A stretch of DNA of 63,945 bases, the filler included, from Hausera hauseri (Eukaryota), in assembly GCA_046269625.1 (NCBI GenBank). It is 11 parts of 11 records of this genome, joined end to end, with 100 filler letters (N's around TTAATTAATTAA, not from the genome) between each part and the next. Parts side by side here need not be neighbours in the genome. Positions count along the whole stretch, not along the records: positions 25,049 to 34,717 come from JBJURY010315496.1; positions 34,818 to 41,925 come from JBJURY010037667.1; 9 more parts are not named here. One strand, written 5' to 3'. Of the stretch, positions 25,049 through 36,200 are shown one piece after another; position 1 is the stretch's first letter; every line of letters begins with the position of its first letter. The position numbers were made by a program, and so were the translations under genes. The notes under the pieces were generated by a model. It did not search any database. It was not told the DNA's origin and saw only the letters and a list, made by a program, of their open reading frames with translations.

Positions 25049-26250
25049 GGTTCTTTTGAACTTCGGACGTTGAACTTGTATCCCACGCGATAAGTATCAG
25101 TAATAATTGAATTACAAATTGGATTATATTGGGTTGTTTGGAATCGAAATTGTGAATAACGATTTGCAATATCTCGATTAATTTCTGCAACAACTTTAGC
25201 TGTGAATGAGACCTGTATATTTTCGGACGATGTTGCAAAATGTGTTCCTCAATTTTACTATCCGGCCATTTCATTTGACATGCAGCTTTTGTTGCTGAAA
25301 TTCTGGACGGTGGAGTTGGATGTGTAAGTTGATCCATCGTCATGCCAATCATATCCTTTATTTGTAGTCGATTTCTCTCGGTTTTCGCTATTCCCCTGAC
25401 TGTTTCATCGTTGAATTGCACTGGTGTATCATGCACTTTCTCTCTTTTAATAACTTTCACCTTGCTTTCTTTGACGGCGATCTCGGGTTCGGACATATTT
25501 AAATCAAAGTGTTGTATTCGCAGATAAACCAACTGCCGAACAGACGATATGAAGTCGTATAAATGCTTAGGAAAATCATTTTGCTGCAAAATTCATCTAT
25601 GTATTTGCTGAATACAACGCCAACATATTGACTAACGAAGCCACTCTCGTTCACAGATAGTGACTGCGCAAAGCTGCTGCTTACATTCTTTATAGAGACA
25701 AGTATCATCTTTAGGGATTATATATTTTTCTAAACGAGAATTTCCAAAACACAATTTATCCGATGACTGGAGAATATTCCACATTATTTCTGGAGCAACA
25801 GGAATTTCGATTACTGTTACGAAATTAGGTTGAACGTCTTTCGGGATGTGATTGTTATAGTCATTTGTAAAACAAAACTTTTCGTGAATTTGTGTAGACT
25901 TGGCCCAATTGTAAAATCTTAATCGAAAATCTGAACAAATGTATATCTTGGTAAACCATTCTGATTGTCTATCTTCGAATGTTCCAATACAATATCCGGA
26001 TATGTAAACTGCAAATGAAGTGCGATCAACACTCATAATAATTAAGTAATCATTTGCACTCAGTTCTGAACAAAGACTGGCAATTTTCTTTATTTCTGAT
26101 TTGTCGTTCATGAGCAAATTCTGCCCGATTGCATGCACTAACCTCAGACTACATACTTGTAGCCCTTGTTCGGTAAACTTGAAATATTTCGATACGTTTA
26201 AGTTGGTTATCATAATTTGGGTCACATATTCGGTATTAAACAAGTGCCAA
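25049..26250 (-). pseudogene. TOR kinase N-terminal HEAT-repeat fragment, copy 1 (intronless, with stops)
   Basis: Visibly highly similar to 33541-34503. LLQKLIEILQIVIHNFDSKQPNIIQFVIQLLLILIAW parallels mTOR LMEEKFDQVCQWVL...SKN.LIQ.TIL.LLPRLAAF; the assignment rests mainly on copy 2. Confidence 0.65.
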
Positions 26251-26578
26251 AAACCGTCAAATGGTAAATATAACCACTTCATTTTTCCTTTGAGTCTACA
26301 AATCTGTGGTGTTCTGGATGAACAAATGAACGGATGTCGTCACGATGGTCGGTCCTGGTGTATATTTTTCATCCCACTCCTGGCACCATTGTTGTGTTTC
26401 TCCCGATTGAGAGCAAATCTCATTAGTATGGTAAAAGGCTTTGCAATTCAAATAAAACACACCTCAGAGTGCCATTCCCGACCGCCATTGGCCGGGTCGA
26501 TGAACACCGCATAAAATTGAGATCCACAATACAAAATATGCTTCATTCAACGGCAATATCCAATACAAGTACTACATT
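26250..26578 (-). pseudogene. Degenerate PHD-finger-like exon, possibly NSD/MES-4 family
   Basis: Follows a ttgcaaag| acceptor. Frameshifted reading EC...LYCGSQF...DP...GTLRCVL..CKAFYHTNEIC..SG resembles NSD F.C.LH.C..C...P...G...RC..C..AYH.N..C...G. Confidence 0.42.
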
Positions 26579-27049
26579 CTTTGCAACAATAAACAAAACT
26601 TCGCGAAAACCAATCGAAAAAAATTTTTAATCAAAATTTAACATGGCCATAAAAATTTCTTATTTAAACAAGTTAATTAAAATTTTTATGATGCAATCGG
26701 GCAAATCCGCCAAATGACAATTCCGACACTTGTTTGCTACGTGAACAGATATTTTGACCAAAAATAAATTTTTTGTTAAAGAAATATATTTAATACATCG
26801 CATTATGCATATATAGAGCTAAAACGCGTTTATGATTAAAGACTGATCACAGCTAATTACTTTTCATGAATGCTTACTTGTTTTAACCGCAATCTATTAA
26901 ATTGTAATTTTTGTACAATGAAATTCCTTTACATCAAGGGATAACAACAATTATTATATATATATTTTTAATAAACAAGAAAAATTTTTGTTCTCCTTCC
27001 TTTACTGAGTAACGTTTGAAGTAATTCCATTAAATACGTTCCTCGCTTT

Positions 27050-27410
27050 TTTTTCGCCGATAATTGACTATCTGACGAATTGCTTTTATCCGAGCTCATT
27101 GAATTTTGATAGCATCGTCTATCGTTTCAGTAAAATCTAATTTCATTTCTTTACATGCTAGTTCAATTTCCGTTTTATGCTTTTGTGATTTAAATTCGAC
27201 AAAAAAATGTTTCGAATTAAATTGTTCTTTAAAATATAACAACAATTTCGTTGGTAGATAGTATTTCTGAATCCAGCTAATCTAATTAATAAGACGATGT
27301 CGATTTGATGGTTTCAAAGGGTGGATTGCCTCAAGTGATTTAATACGCGCAGGTCAAAGTAGATAACCCGGACTTTTAACCCATGCGGTATCATTGATAC
27401 TGGATACCAT
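27050..27410 (-). pseudogene. PWWP domain fragment
   Basis: MVSSINDTAWVKSPGYLL*PARI...ISWI...LL.FKE matches PWWP GD.VWAK..GYPWWPARI...AW...L..F; in-frame stops. Confidence 0.65.
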
Positions 27411-27493
27411 ATTGATAACGATCTTTCGTCTATTTTGGTTTGAAAAGTGATTTTTATTCTTGCGATCCGGGTGATGATGTCGACTTAGGCGAA

Positions 27494-30400
27494 TGTGGGC
27501 CGATAGACTGCCAAACCAACAAAGCCCGGTAAGTCAACACCGCGGCATCAAACACCACGGTCATGCGGCGTCGTGTGCCGAAGCAAAACCAGGACTTGTG
27601 GTGACGCCCGAAACTGTGGCACCACATTACCCCCGTGGCAAAATAAGATTATGTAAAGCAAAAAATGAAACTAAGAAGCTGCAAAGAGAGTAGTTAATGT
27701 GATCTAATCAGTTTTGGTATGAACAAGACGTTGAACCTTATCTATATTTTGTTCTCTGCTATATTTGCTGAAGGTAATTATCTTGCTTTGTTTAACGTGC
27801 TGTTTGCTTCTTTGTGTCTGTGTTCGGGGTGAAGTTCTATTTTGATTTGCCTTCTTAGCAGGTTGAGAACTGGTAGGTATGCCGTTTAGTGTTGTTGGGG
27901 GTCTTAGAGTAGCAGGTTGTCATGTAGGTAGATTGGAGGAAGAATTGAAGGAGTCGAAAAAGGTTTGTGCAGACTCAACTGAAGATTCCGGTGTGTCATT
28001 GACAAAGAATGCTGGTTTTACGTTAGTTATGTGTACTTTTTGTTCTTTATAGTTTTTGAGTATAGTAACTATGTGTGAGGTATTATTGAGGACTTTAAAT
28101 GGTCCTAGATAGTTTGGTTGGAATCCGGAAGGTGAAGGGTTTTTAGCCACACAAACTTTGCGTTAAATAGTGAATCAGGTAAGTATGTTTTGTCACCGTG
28201 TATTATTTTGCAGAAGGAATCCTGGCTTAACTGAACGAAGTGATTTTGTGCAGATCGAATAGTTTCGTCAGTTGGTTTGTTGTCCAAATTGGTAAGTTTG
28301 AAGAGTGCACGGAATGTGGTACCGAAAAGTGCTTCGGCAGGTGAGCAACCCGTAGTAGTAGATGGTGTGTTGCGCCAACCAAGTAATACGAAATGGAGGA
28401 TGTTGGTCCAGTTCGTATGTGTTTTAGCTAGAATCTTTAGCGAAATTTTAAGTGTGTGGTGAAATCGCTCCAATAAGCCGTTCGACTGGGGATGGTATGG
28501 AGTAGTATGAATATGGTTTATACCCAGTCGATTAACTAAGGATTTGAATAGGTTGGATTCAAACTGGGGGCCTTGATCTGTAATTATATAGCGTGGTGAA
28601 CCGAACCGACTAATCCAGGTTCTTATGAATGCGTCGGCTATGGAGTCTATATTGATGGATCGCAGAGAAACGACTTGCGGCTAACGAGATGCACGGTTTA
28701 TCATTGCTAGTACGAATTGGTGGCCGTTATTAGAAGGCAGTGGGCCCACAACATCTAGGTGGACTGATTCAAAACGGGACGTGCAGGGAAAATAGCATAA
28801 TGGTGGTTTAAGATGCTTGGCTACTTTAAACTTTTGGCAAGATACGCATTTCCTAACCTAGTTTTGCATATTAGACCTCATTGATGGCCATGTTACGTGA
28901 CGTTTGAGGAGCCGGAATATATCTTTGGAACCTAGGTAATGCAACGAATGAACATGCTGAAATGCGGTCTGTTGGAGAGAAGGTGCCAAAATTGGTAATT
29001 GTTGCCCTGGCGTCGACGTGTCCATAACTATTCCCTCAATCAATTGTACAGATTTGTATCTTTTAAGAGTTTCAGCTGAAGGAGGATTTTGGATTAATTG
29101 TTCTTTAGAGAATATTGGCGTGACGCTAATAGCACCAACTGACCGTGATAAGAAATCGGCTATTAGGTTGTTTGTGCCGGCAATATGGCAAATTTTAAAG
29201 TTAAATGTTGAAAGATATGATATATATCGTTCTTGTCGAAGTGATGGTTGTTTCATGTTCCTTACGTGAACAAGAGGTTTGTGGTCCGTTTAAATGGTAA
29301 AGGAACGAGCAATAAGTAGGTGAGCAAAATGTTTCAGAGCTAAAACAATGGCCAGGGGTTCTCTATCGAAGGTAGAATAACGGCGTTCTTGTGGTTGGAG
29401 CTTGCGTGAAAAGAGTTCTAACGGTTTATTTATTTCTTGAGATATTTGATGAAGAACCGCTCCCACTGCTGTCGTTGATGCGTCGGTTGTTAAAATGAGG
29501 TCAGCATCAGGTTTTAAATAAGCTAAAATCTCGACTGTTTTGAGCTTGTCGCGAAGTTCATCGAACTTGTTAATAAGTTCTGGTGTCCAATATATGATCT
29601 TTTTCTTCGGCCCTGCTCCTAGTTGAGTGAAAGGAGCGGTTAACTGGCTACAATGTGGGACGTATTTATGTTCAAAATGTAAAGTTCCGAGGATTCTACG
29701 CATATCAGTAGTAGTTTTTGGTAGCTCAATGTTTTGTAGCTGATGGATTCTATCAGGCTGTGGACTGTAACCATCAGGTATGATGACGTGTCCAAGGAAA
29801 GTTACCTTTTTCTGAAAGAAGGAACACTTAGAAAAGTTCACTTGCAAGTTCTAGTTGTGCAAACGTTGGAAAACTAGTCTAAGATATTCTTCGTATTGTT
29901 TGAGCGATGCCGATGAGACTAGTATATCGTCGATGTACGGATATGCAAATGACAAGTCTGAAAAGACTGAATCAATATGCAGTTGAAAGGTTTGTTTTGC
30001 GTTCTTTAAACCGAACGGCATGAATGCATATTCAAAGAGACCAAAAGGTTTTATTATGGCCTTCTTTTGGATGTCTTCGCGAGCTACCCGTATTTGGTGG
30101 TAGGCTTTTTCAAGATCTATAATCGAATAAATTGTGGTCTTGTGTAAAGAATTCAATATATCTTTTATCAAAGGTAGAGGATAGGCATCCATGGTAGTTA
30201 CGTTATTAAGTTGGCGATAATCGCCGCATGGGTGGAATGTGCCATCTTTTTGGAATGACGTTGAGTGGTGCTGCCCACGGTGATTTTAACCGTTTTATTA
30301 TGCCGGCTTGCTCGAGTGCAGAGAATTCCGTTTGTACTACTTGTCGACGGCCTGGTGAAAGTAAGTGGAGTTTTTGCCTAACAGGCTTGGGATTTTCTGT

Positions 30401-32649
30401 GACGATATGATGAAATGTCGTGTTAGCTGGTCGAAATGCTGGGTCTTTTTTTATTGTATGGAAACAAGACTTGGTTAAATATTGTTGCATTTCTTGGCTA
30501 AGCGTAGTAAAGGATGTTGTTGTTATGGCCGTGGCTTGATTGGATTTAGTGGGAGAAACGCTAGAAATCGAGTCGCCTAAGTCGTCCTTGTCAATGCCTT
30601 TGGTTTCTCTAATACCGGACTGCAACCAAAATGTTGGATTATTTAAACTGGTATTAAAGGCAATATTATTTGCGTTTGCTGATGGGTCTTTTAATATCGC
30701 TTTTATTGTCGAGACAGGAAGCAAAATCGGTTGGTTATTTGTGGAGATCGGTTTTGTTGAATTGCTTTTAATAAGCCGACGTTGTCTACAATCTACAAGG
30801 AGGTTGTAAAAATATAAAAAATCAGACCCAATTATTGGAGATTGTGTGTCGGCAACGATGAATGTCCAATTAAAAATGTCGGAAAAAGGCGGTAAAGTGA
30901 ATGAGATCTTGTACGTGCCGAATATGCGTAATGCTTGGCTGTTAGCTGTGTATAATTTTGTGGTAGATGGTGAGATGAATGATGTTTTGATATATGGTGG
31001 TAATAAAGAAACAGCCGCCCCAGAGTCATTGAGGTAATTGATTGATTGATTGGATTCGGAAGTTAAAGAAGCTTTTAATGTGAAAACGGCATAAATACGG
31101 CTATCATTATGGAGACGTTTGCCTGTGTCAAAATGTGCCGAAACATCTGGCGGCTTTGTCAGTTTTTTGGAATAGAAGAATTTGGGGGGTCAAAAGAATT
31201 ACGATGCAATTGGTTAGGTTGATTGGAGAACATGCATCCGTTGATGCATTTACGGGCATTGTTGCTGAACCTACCGTGGTAAATAAAAACGTTGTAAGGT
31301 CTTTGGAAAGCGGGTGTGAAGAATTTGCACCCCAAACAACATTTGTTGGCTTTGTTCTTGAATTTAATGTAATAATAATACACCATAGGTAAAGTAAGGG
31401 ACTAAGTGGATCTCGAATTGTGCGATGAGGCGCGGTTATGATTAGGTGTAAAACGATCCCGTCGCGGTATGGATAAATTTTCCAATTTAGACGTTAAAGC
31501 GGAAATTGCTTGGTGTATTGCCGTGTTTTCAGTCCGGAGAGCGTCGATTTAATTATTTAATGCTACGATTTCTGCATTGAGTGTTGTCATAGAGGGTTTT
31601 AATGTGGCTGCAACGATTGGAGTATTGTGAGTATTTAGTATGTCGTGGCTTTTATCAGCCAGCTGTGCTAATTTCTCTAGTGTAGCAGTGTCTTCCACGA
31701 CGGTTAATAGAGCCCGTATTTCTTTCGGCAACGATTGAAGGAAATATTTACGTAGTACGTCGGCATTGTTTGTCTGATTTACTCCTAACTTTTTAATTGG
31801 GTCAAAGATGTTTGTAAAAATTTTGATGGTTTCTGGTTTCTTATCGAATTATCATTGAAATATTTTTGGATAATGTTATCCAGAGATGGTTCCGTAATTT
31901 TTAAAATTGCGTTAAAAAGTGTTTTGTATGGGTCACTGCTTTGAAAATTTTCAGACAAGTTTGAAATCCGCGACTTAATGTTGGAAGGCAAGAGTATAAG
32001 CAAGCTGTTTGCTTTAAGAAAAGAGTCGACAATATTATTCGACTTCAACCAAGCCGCATGAAAGTCCAACCACGTCCAGCTGGAGTGTTGCTTGTCGACA
32101 AAGTATTCGACGCAAGGTAGATTTAAAGTAGACGACGGAGGTAAGTTTAGCGGTACGTTTGTAGTAGGAATGTCGGCAAAGTCATATTGGTCCATAGAGG
32201 AGGCTTTTGGCTCAGATCTCCCTAACAGGCAATAGTGTACAATTAATATAGGTGTTGAGGATGAGTGGGTGTAACTTGTTATAATGTCGGATTGTTGGCG
32301 AAAAAGTCCATTAAAACTAAGGCGGAAATTAGCAAAAGTTGTTTGTCGTTGTAACATGTGTGACAATTTTGCTATTTTTACTGATTTGTGAATGTAGTAG
32401 GTTTGTGTATGCTTATTTTCAAATAACAAGGCAAGTGGGACGAAAATGTCATATAAATCTGGTATGTAATGTGGTGTTCGCAGTGTAATCGCGGGAAGGT
32501 ATTCGCCAATGTGGCGCCTGGGCCGCCCAACCGAAACGCCAGCCGCTCCAGTCGACGCTCGCCAATCGTGGCTCGCAAGCTGGCGGGGACCAAAGTAAGT
32601 TTTCGGACGTGTAATCACTTCCGTTCGTTTAGATGTGTGAGTCTGTACA
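27494..32649 (-). mobile_element. Near-complete CsRn1-like Ty3/gypsy element A (gag ~32195-31150; pol ~31050-27707), decayed
   Basis: gag W.......I.....LP..I......DPY..L...KPS.FL with CHCC-type knuckles; DSGAAVSLL protease; YIDDILV; LTTDAS; VHLDVVGPLP, ITDQGPQFES, MERFHHTLK and YLGPF; PPT gggggtaa then a short 3' LTR (27626-~27494). The 5' LTR (~32510-32649) is only weakly similar. Confidence 0.92.
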
Positions 32650-32679
32650 TCTATATTGTAATGAGGTATGACTTTTATT

Positions 32680-34503
32680 TGTAACTTTTCCGTTGGTTTA
32701 AATTTCCCAGTACTTTTTGATGCGTAAACATTATCTGCTTCGTTCGAAAGTTCGAAAACTATTTTTATCGTTTCAATTTCACTTAACAAACCAAATTTTT
32801 CGTTTTGAGAAACGGGTGATGGAAGTATATCTAATATCGGGTTTTTTGTACGTTTAACAAAATTTATATTGGCTTCTAGTCCCAGTTCTTTAAAGGAACG
32901 ATTGGCGAGTGAAATGAGTTTCGACAATATAAACCACACAAATGACGATAAATTATGTTTACTGCGTTCAAATTTCACTAGCATTCGTAGTGCCTGAATT
33001 TTATTTCGGGCCTCAATTTGATTTAAAGACACAATTGCTGGGTCAATCGGTGGCAGAATTCTGGTATTTAAAATGGCGTCAATATCCAAAACTAAAGGAC
33101 CAGTTAGTGAAGATCTGGTGGCTGTAGATCGAGCCCCAACCCTTAATGTTTTTTCTAGACTAGTCAATAGATAACTGTGAATATTATCTGACAACTTTGA
33201 AATGAATAGGCTAGCTAATTTCGATGAGTAAATCGGTGGGAAACTGAGTCCCGCTTGAATCGGCGGTTCAATCATGACTTTGATGTTGTCTCGAATTTTC
33301 TGTTGACATCCATTTGCTATGGAACCCATGACAGTATAAATCGATGGTTCTAATAATGAATGACGCTTTTTCGTATCGTTATTTGGTAAGTTCGACTTGA
33401 TAGGTTCAATCGTTCTTCGAAAATATTTCGTTTTCTTGAACGCAACTGCGATAATGTGTGCGATAATTCTAGTACCCAAATATGACCATGCTTTTGTACG
33501 ATCTTTACGAATACACTAGTTTAAGAATTCCATTGAATGGTTCCTTTGAACTTCGGACGTTAAACTTGTATTCCATGCGATAAGTATTAGTAATGCTTGA
33601 ATTACAAATAGGATCATATGGGGTTATTTAGAATCGAAATTGGGGATAACGATTTGCCATATCTCGATTAATTTCTGCAACAATTTTAGCTGTGAATGAT
33701 ACCGGTAGGTTTTCGGACGATGTTGCGAAATGTGTTCCTCAATTTTACTATACGGCAATTCCATTCGACATGCAGCTTTTGCTGTTGAAATTCTGGATGG
33801 TGGAGTTGGATATGTAAGTTGATCCATCGTCATGCCAATCATATTCTCTATTCGTAGTCGATTGCTCTCGGTATTTGCTATCCCCATGATTATTTTGTCG
33901 TTGAATTGTACCGGCGTATCATGTACTTTCTTCTAATAACTTTCACCTTGCTTTCTTTGACAGAGAACTCGGGTTTAAACATATTGAAATTAAAGTGTTG
34001 CATTCGCAGAGAAACCAACAGCCGAACAGACGCCATGAAGTCGTATAAATGCTTAGGAAAATCATTTTGCTGCAAAATCCATCTATGTATTTGCTGAATA
34101 CAACACCAACATATTGACTGACATAGACGCTCTCGTTCAGAGATAGTGATTGCAAGAAGTTGCTTCTTACATTCTTCATAGAGACAAGTATCATTTTAGG
34201 GATTATATATTTCTCTAAAAGAGAATCTGGAAAATGCAATTTATTCGATGACTGGAGAATATTCCACATTATTTCTGGAGCAACAGGAACTTTGATTACT
34301 GTTACGAAATTAGGTTGAATGTCGTTCGGAATGTGATTGTTATAGTCATTTGTAAAACAAAATTTTTCGTGAATTTATGTAGGCTTGGCCTAATTGTAAA
34401 ATCTTAAACGAAGACATGAACAAATGTATATCTACGTAAACCATTATAATGGTCTAACTTCGAATGTTCCAATACAATATCAGAATATGTAAACTGCCAA
34501 TGA
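32680..34503 (-). pseudogene. TOR kinase N-terminal HEAT-repeat fragment, copy 2 (intronless)
   Basis: KDRTKAWSYLG..IAVAF...YF.R.IE.IKSNLP..D.KKR...EPSIYT.M..IA....KIR.NIK.MIEP..QAGLS and ALRMLVKFERSKHNLSSFV...SFKELGLEA align in order with mTOR KERTAAFQALG.LSVAV...YLPRV...IR..LP..D..KR...D.TVFTCI..LA....IQ.DIK.LLEPML.VGLS and ALRTLGSFEFEGHSLTQFV...EHKEIRMEA. Confidence 0.8.
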
Positions 34504-34651
34504 TTGTAAGTTGGTGAAAACCACGTTGCCAAAAATCAAGATTGAAATAAAAATCAAAATCATCAACACCATCATCAAAATCAAAAAATGCGAATGGCAG
34601 AAATTTCGAAATCTCAAAAAATTTTGTCACAAAATCTACTAGTGTTATAAA

Positions 34652-34717
<66 letters not shown>
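34652..34717. repeat. (CAT)22 microsatellite at contig end
   Basis: Direct reading; it explains the poly-Met ORF 34454..34717. Confidence 0.98.
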
Positions 34718-34821
34718 NNNNNNNNNNNNNNNNNNNNNNNNNNNNNNNNNNNNNNNNNNNNTTAATTAATTAANNNNNNNNNNNNNNNNNNNNNNNNNNN
34801 NNNNNNNNNNNNNNNNNTTAT

Positions 34822-36200
34822 TCAATCATTGATTACGCTCTGTGGTACCATCACCCTTAATTCTCTCTCAGTGATTTTATGGCGCTTAACACAGCAATTT
34901 TGGTAATCAATCGACAAAACGCAATAAAAATTGAGAGCAAATACTGACGTTCCAATAATCGATGTTAATGACAAAGTTGTCCATTTAGTTAAATTTCTCA
35001 TTTTAGCGGTAGTCATAATTTCATCCTCCGTTTTCTCATTAATCAGTGGTTTTGTTACGACAATCTCATTTACAGTTCGTACTGCGAACATTCTACTTTG
35101 TTTGCTCTCTGCACTCATTTGTATTATATAGTCCGTTTTGGATTTCAGACCGGTGCATTTGGTTCGATAGCTACCTTCAACCAATGTTACTTTCTGATTA
35201 TTGTGTAATGTTCGGCAGCTTATTTCTACGTTGCAGTTAAGGGTCTCTTTTACAATGAACGTTATTTCACAACGTTGCCTCCAATATTTTATAGGAAGCA
35301 TTTCTAGATCCTTTTGAAATAATCCACTCGTTAGAGTAATTTTGGTGGATATCGGAGTGGTAGTCCTTTTTTGTAGTTCTACTCATTATCTTCTGCGGAA
35401 CTTGCCCGATTGGATTTCCAAACTGGTAACTTCCTTAATAAATACTCGACTGGTTTAGTCGAACTTCCTATAAGTCTAATCGAATTCTGTATTTATATTT
35501 TTGCGGTAAATTGCAACATCTTTTCGGTCTTTCAACGTCAATTCAACAGTATTGTTGGTCCGGAGCTGCTTTGTTCTCGACCGTTAATTAATCGCCCTTT
35601 GGTATTTATTTGGACACAGTTGTCCTTCGGATTTTCCGTTATACGGCCTATATTTTCCTCTAGCATCTGTTTTAATGGATCATTGGATTGGAGTATGTCT
35701 TCCAGCTTTATGTCAAGGTAGTCTCTATAAGTTCGTAGTTTAACTAAACATGAATTCATCCTTATTTCAGCGTGTACATGATTACAATTTGGCAAATATG
35801 AACGATAGCTGAAGGCGTAAGAGTGTCCGTACTCTACGTTACAGCAACTAGTACAATGTCCTGGTTCGAAATGGCACTCGAACTCGGCTTGGTTTGACAA
35901 GTCATGGAGTAGTATTTGAATTCGTCGTTTATATGGTCCTAATAACTTAAATTCGACACATGGTACTTCTGGAGATAAATAATCTAATTCTATTGCTCGT
36001 AAACATTTTTCATCTTTTTTGTTCGATTTGCGTTCGGAAGTTTTTTCTTTTGGCGATGAAGGTTTTAATCCGCTTTTTTTATTCCATATACATCATTCAA
36101 CAAAGTTTCATCTATCCACCATTGAGCATTAGTCTTAGGCGCTAGGACAGGAATCAATGTTAAGGCTACTATTATCTGTGCATAAGATACTGGTCTAGTG
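34822..36200 (-). pseudogene. Type I membrane protein (signal peptide, Cys-rich ectodomain, Thr-rich stalk, FN3-like domain, TM) fused 3' of the integrase of element D
   Basis: In frame after the integrase tail YNLRPR: QIIVALTLIPVLAPKTNA|QW. Then CHFEPGHCTSCC..CNH..C, TTKRTTTPISTKIT, CTGLKSKTDYIIQMSA (FN3 GL.P.T.Y.V.V.A pattern), TM WTTLSLTSIIGTSVFALNFYCVL and a CC-containing tail; frameshifted. Confidence 0.62.

Noticed and set aside
32490-32592. Primer-binding site of element A (TGGCGAATACC at 32508 or TGGTCCCCGCC at 32592, minus strand)
   Set aside because: Two candidates exist, neither matches a tRNA 3' end I can verify, and the 5' LTR boundary is ambiguous.
34454-34717. Poly-methionine ORF
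   Set aside because: Translation of a (CAT)n microsatellite at a contig end.
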